In this document: positions 1-7,999 of the stretch, in pieces
Layout of the letters: every line of letters begins with the position of its first letter
Position numbering within the stretch: the first letter of the stretch is position 1
Source: Methylobacteriaceae bacterium
Lineage (GTDB): Bacteria; Pseudomonadota; Alphaproteobacteria; Rhizobiales; Beijerinckiaceae
Direction of reading: 5' to 3'
DNA length: 11,457 nucleotides
NCBI GenBank assembly: GCA_019233695.1
Contig: JAFAME010000096.1
Coordinates: forward strand, 1-11,457
The notes under the pieces: model-generated
What the model was told of the DNA's origin: nothing
What the model saw: the letters and a program-made list of their open reading frames with translations, nothing else
Database searches by the model: none
Position numbers and translations under genes: made by a program

Positions 1-714
1 GCGGCGGCTCTCAAAGCACTCCCCCCCAAGCCGTCTGACACTGCTACCACTCAGTCCGAAAAGAAGCGCTACAGCGAGCGTGTTTCAGAGGTCGTTGCCC
101 AGGCGGTTGCCGAGGAGCTTCGTAAACGCGGGTTGAAGCAGGCAAGGCCCGCGCCGCTTGGTGAACTGGATAGCTCTGGCGCAGAGCGTCGTATGGCTGG
201 CGGAATTGGAGCGAAGAAGGTCGATGTAACCTGGGCGACGGACGAATCCGGACTGTTGCTCGCCATTTCGATCAAGAGCATCAATTTCAAGGACAGTCGC
301 ACGGGCAACTATCAAAAGAATCTTGTGAACCGGCGCGGCGACATGCTGATGGAGGCAGTTACTCTCCATCGTCGATTTCCCTATGCTGTATTGGCTGCGT
401 TCTTCTTCCTGGACAAGGGCGCCGAGCTGGATCACACAGGGCGGCGAAGATCGACGTTCTTGAATGCGCATGCGAGGTTGAAGCTTTTCACCGGTCGAAA
501 TGATCCAGCCGGGCGCGATGAGCAGTTTGAACGATTCTATTTATTCCTGCTGGACGCGTCTCCGGTTTCAGTCAGCATTCGAGCGTACGAGGTGGGAAAG
601 CCCGACTCTGTGGTGCCGTTGGACAAGATAGTCACGGATTTGCTTTCAATCGTCGCCGAGCGCAACCCTGACTTCTACGAGATGGACCAGGGGGAGCTTC
701 GTTCAGCCAGCTAA
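1..714 (+). CDS. 5'-truncated CDS running in from the left window edge. Putative PD-(D/E)XK-fold nuclease, restriction-endonuclease-like; stop TAA at 712-714.
   Basis: The reading frame is open from nt 1 (translation AALKALPPKPSDTATTQSEKKRYSERVSEVVAQAVAEELRKRG... joins the listed 133..714 ORF without a stop), so the real start is upstream of the window. The segment ...GELDSSGAERR...KKVDVTWATDESGLLLAISIKSINFKD has the layout of a PD-(D/E)XK core: an acidic residue, then a hydrophobic beta-strand ending in (S/E)-x-K. Codon usage and GC (about 50-58%) are clearly lower than the flanking DNA (about 68%), which suggests horizontal acquisition. The family assignment comes from motif pattern only. 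Confidence 0.45.
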   Translation, partial: AAALKALPPKPSDTATTQSEKKRYSERVSEVVAQAVAEELRKRGLKQARPAPLGELDSSGAERRMAGGIGAKKVDVTWATDESGLLLAISIKSINFKDSRTGNYQKNLVNRRGDMLMEAVTLHRRFPYAVLAAFFFLDKGAELDHTGRRRSTFLNAHARLKLFTGRNDPAGRDEQFERFYLFLLDASPVSVSIRAYEVGKPDSVVPLDKIVTDLLSIVAERNPDFYEMDQGELRSAS

Positions 715-810
715 CAACACAGTAGCGTATCGCCGCCAACTCGATTTGCGGCCGCTGCCCTATCGTCCCACGCGCCCTTTCGGCTCGTCCAGGCGCAAGG
801 GAGCACACGG

Positions 811-854
811 CATTCCGGTAGCGGCATATCCGCTGCCCATTGCCGTCCGGAATG
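811..854. terminator. Nested inverted-repeat element between convergent genes. Outer arms CATTCCGG (811-818) and CCGGAATG (847-854) enclose an inner hairpin AGCGG-catat-CCGCT (820-834). Possible bidirectional terminator.
   Basis: The arms are exact reverse complements as read from the sequence. The element sits in the 271-bp gap between the stops of the convergent nuclease-like (+) and SPFH (-) genes. There is no U-tract, as is common in high-GC alphaproteobacteria. Confidence 0.3.
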
Positions 855-985
855 GCACCTGGGTCGGAGGCGATAGCGACACGCAAATCCTGCTTCGGAC
901 TTCGCTGCCAACCGCGCCTGGTCGGCGCGGCTCCCGCGCAGCCCGCGTCTCGGCCAAGCGCCTGCCCCGATGAGGCCGCAAGGCT

Positions 986-2161
986 TCACTCCTCCTTCCC
1001 CTCCTTCTCCGCCCCCATCCGATACAGATTCTGCAAGAGCGCCTCGAAGCCGCTGCTGCCGTTGCCGGCGTGGAGGTCGATGCGGCCGACCTTTTCCACG
1101 AGCTTTTCCAGCGCTTCCAGCTCCTTCAGCCGCATCAGGATCGGGTTGCTCTCCATCAGCTTGGCCGTGTTCAACAGCGAGCGGGTCGCGGCCGTCTCCT
1201 CCTGGCGGCGGATGAGGTTGGCCTTGGCGACCCGCTCCGCCTCGACCACCTTGTTGAGGAGTGCGCGCACGTCGCCCGGCAGGATCACGTCCTTGACGCC
1301 GAGCTCCGTCACCTCGACGCCGAGGTCGGGCGCGTGGGCGCCGACGAAGGCGCGCACCTCCGCGTCGATCGCATCGCGCGCGGCGAGAATCTCGTCGAGG
1401 GTGCGGGTCGCGATCGCCTCGCGCACCGCGAACTGGACGAGGCGGTAGAGAGCGGTCGCAAGGTCGGCTGCCGCCTGCACCACCTTCTCCGGATCGAGGA
1501 TGCGGTAGAAGGCGGTCAGCGTGACGCGCAGGCCGATGCGGTCCTTGGTGAGGATTTCCTGCGCCGTCACCTCGATCGGCTGCGGCCGCAGATCGAATTT
1601 CTGCACCGCCAGCTTGTGGCGCACCTGCCAAAAAGTGTGGCGGCCGGGCGGCAGGCGCTCGGTCAGGATGCCGTCGACGAAGAGCAGGCCGACCTCATGG
1701 GCGTTCACCTGCGCGTCGAGAACCGAGGACATGCGCGCCAGGTCGAGTTGGGCAACGATGCGCGGCTCGATGCGCATCGAGCCGGTCGTGTCGATGACCT
1801 CGGCCGAGACGTGCGTCACCGTCTTCCAGAAGACGCGGGTAGTGAACGGCAGCACGACGTGACGCGGCTCGCCGTCGAGCGAGACGATGGCGATTTCGTT
1901 GGCGCCGGCGCGCACGACGGCAAAGTGCTCGGCGGCGACCTGCGGGCTCGTTGCCGCGATGAGGCTCGCACGATCGGCCGGAAATTCGGTGCGCACGACC
2001 TTGAACGTCTCGATGCTGCAGGCGCGCGCCGGGTCGAAGATCGCATGCCGGCCCGGTCCGAGCACGCGCTCGAAGCGGCCGTGGCGGAACAGAAAGGCGC
2101 GCTCGTCGTCCTTGACGCCAAGAAGCAGATAGAAAAGCGACCGGTACATGAACCACCCCAT
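986..2161 (-). CDS. SPFH/Band-7 domain protein (slipin/HflK/C-like long form), 391 aa. An alternative start is possible at the internal Met about 12 nt downstream.
   Basis: The C-terminal half (...EVTAQEILTKDRIGLRVTLTAFYRILDPEKVVQAAADL...LGVEVTELGVKDVILPGDVRALLNKVVEAERVAKANLIRRQEETAA...) is a typical SPFH/Band-7 core, followed by a coiled/acidic tail. The N-terminal half carries a partial duplication of the ER-x-V-x-FR-x-GRF...GPG beta-rich motif. No NfeD partner gene is present in the window. Confidence 0.85.
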   Translation of the reverse strand: MGWFMYRSLFYLLLGVKDDERAFLFRHGRFERVLGPGRHAIFDPARACSIETFKVVRTEFPADRASLIAATSPQVAAEHFAVVRAGANEIAIVSLDGEPRHVVLPFTTRVFWKTVTHVSAEVIDTTGSMRIEPRIVAQLDLARMSSVLDAQVNAHEVGLLFVDGILTERLPPGRHTFWQVRHKLAVQKFDLRPQPIEVTAQEILTKDRIGLRVTLTAFYRILDPEKVVQAAADLATALYRLVQFAVREAIATRTLDEILAARDAIDAEVRAFVGAHAPDLGVEVTELGVKDVILPGDVRALLNKVVEAERVAKANLIRRQEETAATRSLLNTAKLMESNPILMRLKELEALEKLVEKVGRIDLHAGNGSSGFEALLQNLYRMGAEKEGKEE

Positions 2162-2416
2162 CGGACCCGGCGGAGCCGCCAGCGATCGCCGAGATCAGGT
2201 CGCCGGCCAGTTTCCCGCGGGTCCAGAGCGGGCCCGAGCTTGAGATCGGCGCTGCCGCGTTCCGGCCCGGTTGCGGCGGCAGCTCCCGTGGGAGCAGCCC
2301 CGGTGCCGGGCCTTCCGGCATTGGCGCTGATCGGTATCCGCCCCGGCTCAGGCGCTGGAGCCGCTTGCCGCCTCCCCGCGGCGTGGCCGAAGCTGCGCCG
2401 CACGGATTTGGCAGGG

Positions 2417-2457
2417 AAACGGGCCGGCTTCCCGTTTGGAAGGCGGGTTGCCCCGCC
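2417..2457 (-). terminator. Two tandem GC hairpins just downstream of the tRNA-like gene's 3' end: AAACGGG-ccggctt-CCCGTTT (2417-2437) and GGCGGG-ttgc-CCCGCC (2442-2457). Putative terminator(s) for the tRNA-like gene, and part of the long SPFH leader.
   Basis: Both stems are perfect reverse complements as read. They lie 40-80 nt 3' of the tRNA-like CCA end on the minus strand. Only weak T-rich tracts follow. Confidence 0.3.
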
Positions 2458-2497
2458 GGAAGGTTAGGAGCCTTCTGCACGTTTCACGGTGCGAGTG

Positions 2498-2571
2498 TGG
2501 TGGAAAAGAAAGGAATCGAACCTTCGGTCTCCCCGGTTGCCCGAGGCGCTCTGCCATTGAGCTACATTCCC
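2498..2571 (-). tRNA. tRNA-like gene, 74 nt, genomically encoded CCA, with canonical D and T arms but a non-canonical anticodon arm. If one loop residue (position 33) is missing it reads as a Cys(GCA)-like tRNA; it may be a pseudo-tRNA or a foreign/att-derived tRNA.
   Basis: Reverse complement of 2498-2571: GGGAATG TA GCTC AATGGCA GAGC G CCTCG GGCAAC CGGGG AGACC GAAGG TTCGATT CCTTT CTTTTCC A CCA. The T-loop GGTTCGATTCC, the D-arm GCTCAATGGCAGAGC and the A73 + CCA end are textbook. The anticodon region folds as a 5-bp stem with a 6-nt loop (GGCAAC), or as a 6-bp stem CCTCGG/CCGGGG capped by a GCAA tetraloop. Neither gives a 7-nt anticodon loop. The acceptor stem GGGAATG/CTTTTCC is AT-rich with one G:T wobble and one T:T mismatch. 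The sequence was cross-checked against the overlapping listed ORF 2436..2666, whose translation matches exactly. Confidence 0.6.
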
Positions 2572-2707
2572 GTGCCAAACGACGCGGAACACGCCGCCGC
2601 AGCGCGGCGCGCGCCGGCCGGGTCTCGGCGAGCCCGGGCCCATGGCGTCACTCGGCGCCCAGCTGATATCATTGCGCCAGGGGAAACGGAAGATGGCGAG
2701 ACGCCGG

Positions 2708-4198
2708 CTACGGCTTGAACCTGGTCACCCGGGACTTCGGCCCTTTGAGGGGACCGGGAGCGGGGCGCGGCGGCTCGGGAGCATTGGGCGACAGCGCGCG
2801 CTGGGCAGTCTCCAGCGCGCTCCTGAGCTGCGAGCGCTCCTGCCTGTCGACCTGCAGAGCGCCCTCGGCGATCGAGCGCAGCACCTTTTCCTTCTCGAGC
2901 TTCTCGGCGAGGTCGCGCGCCGTCCGTTCGAGCGCGTCGCGATGGATCTTGCCTTCCTCGATGGTCGTCTCAAGGGCCGCGCGGAGCCGTTCGGTTTCCT
3001 GCTGCAACTGGCGCACATCGGCCTTCTTGGCCTTGAACGCCTTGAGGAACGGCTTCACCCTGTCGGCAAGCGCCTTTTGCGATGCTTCGCGCCGGGCGAC
3101 CGTTGCCGTCAGCTCTTCGAGGCTTGCCAAAGCCGCTTCCAGCTTCTTTTCGAGAACGCCGCTGTTGACCAGCCCTTCCAGCGTGCGGCGCTGTTCCTGC
3201 CGCAGCTCCTCGCTCTTCCCCCGCAGCTCCTCGCTCACGTTGGCGTGCAGGCGATTGGCGGCTTCCAGACGCGAGGCGGCGGTGTCGTGGCGCGACTGAA
3301 GTTCGATGATCTCCTTGGCGCGCGCCTCTGATTCTCCATGCCAGAGATCACGCGCGCGGCCATGTTCCAAGCGGTGCGTCTGCAAATCGGATTCGAGGCT
3401 CGTGCGCCGCTGTTGCTCGGATTCGAGTTCGATCTGACATTGCTTGAGCGCGGTCTCGAGCCGCCCGACATTCGCCTGGGCCTCGGTCAGTCGGCCTTGG
3501 AGCGCGCGAATGTCCTCCTCGGCGACCGCATAGCGCAGGCGCTGCGCCGCGAGCTCGGTCTCGAGGCCCGAGATCGTCGCGTCGGACGTCTGGATATGGC
3601 GGCGCAGCGATTCGAGCTCATCGGTCCGGTAGGCGAGCTCGGAGCTTTTGCCGTGCAAGGCCTGCTCGAACGAGGTGGCAGCCGTGCCGAGCCGCGTCGA
3701 TTCGGCCTCGATCTCCTCGATGCGCTGCTCGGCGGCGCGCATGAGCTCGCTGACGCGCTGCAGCTCGGGGGCGAGCGCGGCGTTCTCGGCCTTGATCCGA
3801 TCGTGCTCCTGCTGGAGGGCGTAGACACGCGTCCGCAGCGCGGCGTGCGCCTCCTGCTCGGTCTGCAGAGCGACATTGCGTTGCATGAGCTCTGCTTTGG
3901 TGAGCTCGAAATCACTCAGGACGCTGCCGACATGATCGAACACGGCAACGAGATCATCATTGATGGTGGCCAGACTTGTGACCTTGTGGACGATGTCCAA
4001 GCAGTGATTGCGTATCTGCTCGTTGCCGCGCCCCAGGCCTTCGATGGTTTGCGACGAGATGAGTGGATCATAGAGGATCGGGCGAAGCTCCGAGGCGAGT
4101 TCGGCGCCGTTCGACTTGGATGTCTCGGCCTTCTTCGGAAGCAGGAACTTGGGGAGCCGGGCAAGGAGGCTCGATGCGGGCTTCGACGACTGGTTCAT
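2708..4198 (-). CDS. Large coiled-coil protein of unknown function (about 496 aa from the ATG at 4196-4198; the listed ORF extends to a GTG at 4216). It has a roughly 115-aa N-terminal globular domain, a roughly 350-aa E/R/A/L-rich coiled coil and a Pro-rich basic C-terminal tail.
   Basis: A long uninterrupted minus-strand ORF with heptad-like ELxxLxxE/R repeats throughout the middle (...ELESLRRHIQTSDATISGLETELAAQRLRYAVAEEDIRALQGRLTEAQANVGRLETALKQCQIELESEQQRRTSLESDL...). The C-terminus is PNAPEPPRPAPGPLKGPKSRVTRFKP. The SD-like GGGGAG sits 7 nt before the ATG at 4198 (minus-strand reading). The overlapping plus-strand ORFs (2642..3331, 3338..4270) are L/G/R-rich antisense artefacts. The N-terminal domain (about 3900-4200) is about 52% GC, against about 68% for the coil region. 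Confidence 0.7.
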   Translation of the reverse strand: MNQSSKPASSLLARLPKFLLPKKAETSKSNGAELASELRPILYDPLISSQTIEGLGRGNEQIRNHCLDIVHKVTSLATINDDLVAVFDHVGSVLSDFELTKAELMQRNVALQTEQEAHAALRTRVYALQQEHDRIKAENAALAPELQRVSELMRAAEQRIEEIEAESTRLGTAATSFEQALHGKSSELAYRTDELESLRRHIQTSDATISGLETELAAQRLRYAVAEEDIRALQGRLTEAQANVGRLETALKQCQIELESEQQRRTSLESDLQTHRLEHGRARDLWHGESEARAKEIIELQSRHDTAASRLEAANRLHANVSEELRGKSEELRQEQRRTLEGLVNSGVLEKKLEAALASLEELTATVARREASQKALADRVKPFLKAFKAKKADVRQLQQETERLRAALETTIEEGKIHRDALERTARDLAEKLEKEKVLRSIAEGALQVDRQERSQLRSALETAQRALSPNAPEPPRPAPGPLKGPKSRVTRFKP

Positions 4199-4216
4199 GA
4201 CGCGACTCCCCGGCAC

Positions 4217-4742
4217 GGCGACCGCAGCTTTGATCGACTTTTCGAAGGCCGAGTCGAGCGCCGAGCTTGATAAGTGCCTACAAATTTAGACTTATTTTAC
4301 CAAAGTTTGGGCAAGTGCTCACGTTTTCCGAAAGTTAACCTTTACGGCCTCTTTGTTAAGGAATTTGGCGGTCAAATCATGGCCTCGCAGGTCTGCAGAC
4401 TGCGAAATAGAACTCAAATGCAGCGGAGCAATTCGGATGACAGACGTTGGCGTGGATCCGAGGCTGAAAGGAAGCATCTAGGTCATTTACAACAATTCAG
4501 ACCGACTGGTCGACGGTCACCATCACAAATAGGCAGACAAGCAAGTCATGGACGATCAATAGCACGGCGTGAAAAGATTCGGTTTGGATAAAATAGAAAT
4601 TTCACCGTCTCCAAGGTGGCTTGCATCCGACCGATCGTCCGTGGGCGAGTATCGCGAGCGGAAAGTCCGGAGAGCCGGTGTCGACGGTGCCTGGGGCCCC
4701 GCGAGGGAGCCGCGAACCATGGGCTCGCGGCCGCTCGCCACA
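4217..4742. promoter_or_regulatory. Unusually long (~525 bp) AT-rich non-coding region, about 45-50% GC in a genome of about 68% GC. It lies upstream of the coiled-coil gene and downstream of the DUF2934 gene. It should contain the coiled-coil gene's promoter and leader, and possibly an sRNA or nucleoid-protein binding region.
   Basis: No credible ORF: the listed ORFs 4274..4591+, 4546..4746- and 4556..4885- are low-complexity and Arg-rich. Palindromes are present: GTCTGCAGAC at 4391-4400, and TTAAC at 4335-4339 paired with GTTAA at 4355-4359. The composition is very different from its flanks. Confidence 0.5.
4709..4731 (-). terminator. Hairpin GCCGCGA-accatgggc-TCGCGGC, 11 nt downstream of the DUF2934 stop. 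Candidate terminator.
   Basis: Seven-bp perfect stem and 9-nt loop (containing the CCATGG palindrome), as read from the sequence. It sits immediately 3' of the DUF2934 CDS on the minus strand. No U-tract follows. Confidence 0.3.
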
Positions 4743-4955
4743 TCACTTTCTCTTCTTAGCGCTGCGCGCCTTTCGCGCCGGGCGCGCCTTTTTCGCGGCA
4801 GGGGCAGTCGCCGGCTCGCGCCCGCGCTTGATCTCATCCTCGGCGGCATACCAATAGTCGAGATCGCGGCCCTCGGCCTTCCCATCGACGAGCCACAGTT
4901 CGTAGGCTCGCTGCCGCACCTGCTGCTCCAGATTTCCGTCCATCATCTGCTCCAA
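4743..4955 (-). CDS. DUF2934 family small protein, 70 aa.
   Basis: Translation MEQMMDGNLEQQVRQRAYELWLVDGKAEGRDLDYWYAAEDEIKRG... carries the DUF2934 signature (AYxLWxxxGxxxGxDxxxWxxAExEI), followed by a Lys/Arg/Ala/Pro-rich basic tail (PAAKKARPARKARSAKKRK). Coordinates are taken from the ORF track. Confidence 0.8.
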   Translation of the reverse strand: MEQMMDGNLEQQVRQRAYELWLVDGKAEGRDLDYWYAAEDEIKRGREPATAPAAKKARPARKARSAKKRK

Positions 4956-5047
4956 AAATAGGGTTCAAGCGGAGCTCAATGATTGGCGCAAACGTGGTTA
5001 ATGAAAAGTTACCGCGGCCGTGGCCGGGCTTGCACTCGACCTCCCGC

Positions 5048-6007
5048 CTACTTCGTCTCGACGATGTCCCTCTCGATCAGCCATGAGACCGCCTCGCAGA
5101 CGGCCTCGATCGAGCGGTAGTGCGGCTGGTAGTCGAGGAGGCGCTCGGCCTTCGCGATGCTGCAGTTGGGGCTGCGGGCGATATGCTCGTAGCTCTGGGC
5201 GGCATCAGCCTCGGCCTGCGCGCGTTGCCATTCCGGCCAGGGCGCATAGGTGAGGTTCGCTTCCCGGCCGAACCAGGAGGCCATGGCTTCGGCATAGCCG
5301 CGCAGCGTCATTGCGGACGGCGAGACGGCGTGAAACGCCTCGCCGACGGCAAGCCGCCAATTGGCGATCGCCTTCATGAACACCTGCGCGACATCGTCGG
5401 CGTGGACGTGGTGGACGGTCTCGAGGCCGAAGTTCGGCAGGGCGAGCTCCTCGCCCTTGGCAAGCCGGCCAAAAACCTGCGGGTTGAAGTTCCCCGCCGG
5501 ATTGAGCGGCTCCCAGCCTGGTCCGACAATATGGCCGGGATGCACGATCGTCGCCGGAAAGCTGTTGCGCCGCGCCCTATCGATCAGATAGGCCTCGATG
5601 TCCGCCTTCTGGGTTCCGTAGGCGCCGAACGGACGGCGCGGCTGCGCTTCGCTCGTCGGCACCTCGACGCTCGGGCCGTGCACCCAGATCGTCCCGGCAT
5701 GCAGGAAGTGGGCAATGCGCCCGCTCAGCGCCTCCACGAGCTGGCGCGCGCTCGCCAGCGTGAAGCAGATCATGTCGATGACGATGTCGGGCTCAAGCTC
5801 GCCGATTTTGCGGCCGAAGGCGCCGGCCGTCTCCTCGGCCTCGCGATCGAGCACGATTGTCCGCACCGCCTGCCAGGCCGCGTGCGGCCGGTAAGGCGCA
5901 CGCTGCCCGCGGCTGACGCAGACGACCTCGAACCCGGCTTCCACAAGCCGCGGCACCAGATAGGTGCCCACATGGCCGCTGCCACCGATGATGACGACGC
6001 GCGACAT
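5048..6007 (-). CDS. NAD-dependent epimerase/dehydratase family protein (extended SDR), about 319 aa from the Met at 6005-6007. The listed ORF extends to 6034.
   Basis: N-terminal Rossmann motif MSRVVIIGGSGHVGTYLVPRLVEAGFEVVCVSRG, followed by a typical NAD(P)-binding epimerase scaffold. An AGGGGAG SD-like motif lies 6 nt before the internal ATG (MSRVV...), which favours that start over the upstream ATGs. Confidence 0.85.
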   Translation of the reverse strand: MSRVVIIGGSGHVGTYLVPRLVEAGFEVVCVSRGQRAPYRPHAAWQAVRTIVLDREAEETAGAFGRKIGELEPDIVIDMICFTLASARQLVEALSGRIAHFLHAGTIWVHGPSVEVPTSEAQPRRPFGAYGTQKADIEAYLIDRARRNSFPATIVHPGHIVGPGWEPLNPAGNFNPQVFGRLAKGEELALPNFGLETVHHVHADDVAQVFMKAIANWRLAVGEAFHAVSPSAMTLRGYAEAMASWFGREANLTYAPWPEWQRAQAEADAAQSYEHIARSPNCSIAKAERLLDYQPHYRSIEAVCEAVSWLIERDIVETK

Positions 6008-6090
6008 GACCATCTCCCCTGCGAAAGCTGGCATCCTAGCAAAATCCCGCTATTTCAGACTGTCAGCGCGTCACGATCCGAAGGCGTTCG

Positions 6091-7902
<1,812 letters not shown>

Positions 7903-7999
7903 GGCGATCTCATCGATCCCTGCGAGGCGCCTTGTTCCCGGCTTGGGAGCGGGCTACGGGCTGCCGCGCGGCCATCCCATCTTCGAAGGAGTGTACGTC

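Noticed and set aside
711-1631. 306-aa minus-strand ORF, Gly/Arg/Pro/Ala-rich (MAGAPQAGGAEIRSAAAADRGDGAG...)
   Set aside because: Low-complexity translation typical of an off-frame read of GC-rich DNA. It overlaps the strongly supported SPFH CDS and has no recognisable domain.
1070-2467. 465-aa plus-strand ORF antisense to the SPFH gene
   Set aside because: Arg/Leu/Asp/His-rich antisense artefact of the SPFH coding region that runs on through the leader. The SPFH frame has a clear family match; this one has none.
2365-2718. Plus-strand ORFs 2365..2718 and 2436..2666 and minus ORF 2348..2578 overlapping the tRNA-like gene
   Set aside because: Basic, low-complexity translations across a structured RNA gene and its hairpins. 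They are useful only as a check that the tRNA-like sequence was read correctly.
3338-4270. 310-aa and 229/194-aa plus-strand ORFs (2642..3331, 2715..3299, 3338..4270) opposite the coiled-coil gene
   Set aside because: The Leu/Gly/Arg-rich translations are the mirror image of an E/R/A/L coiled coil. The minus-strand ORF is longer, continuous, and has a plausible SD and start.
4274-4591. 105-aa ORF within the AT-rich intergenic region (MPTNLDLFYQSLGKCSRFPKVNLYGLFVKEF...RRWRGSEAERKHLGHLQQFRPTGRRS...)
   Set aside because: No SD, heterogeneous composition that turns Arg/Ser-rich, and no family resemblance. The region is more plausibly non-coding.
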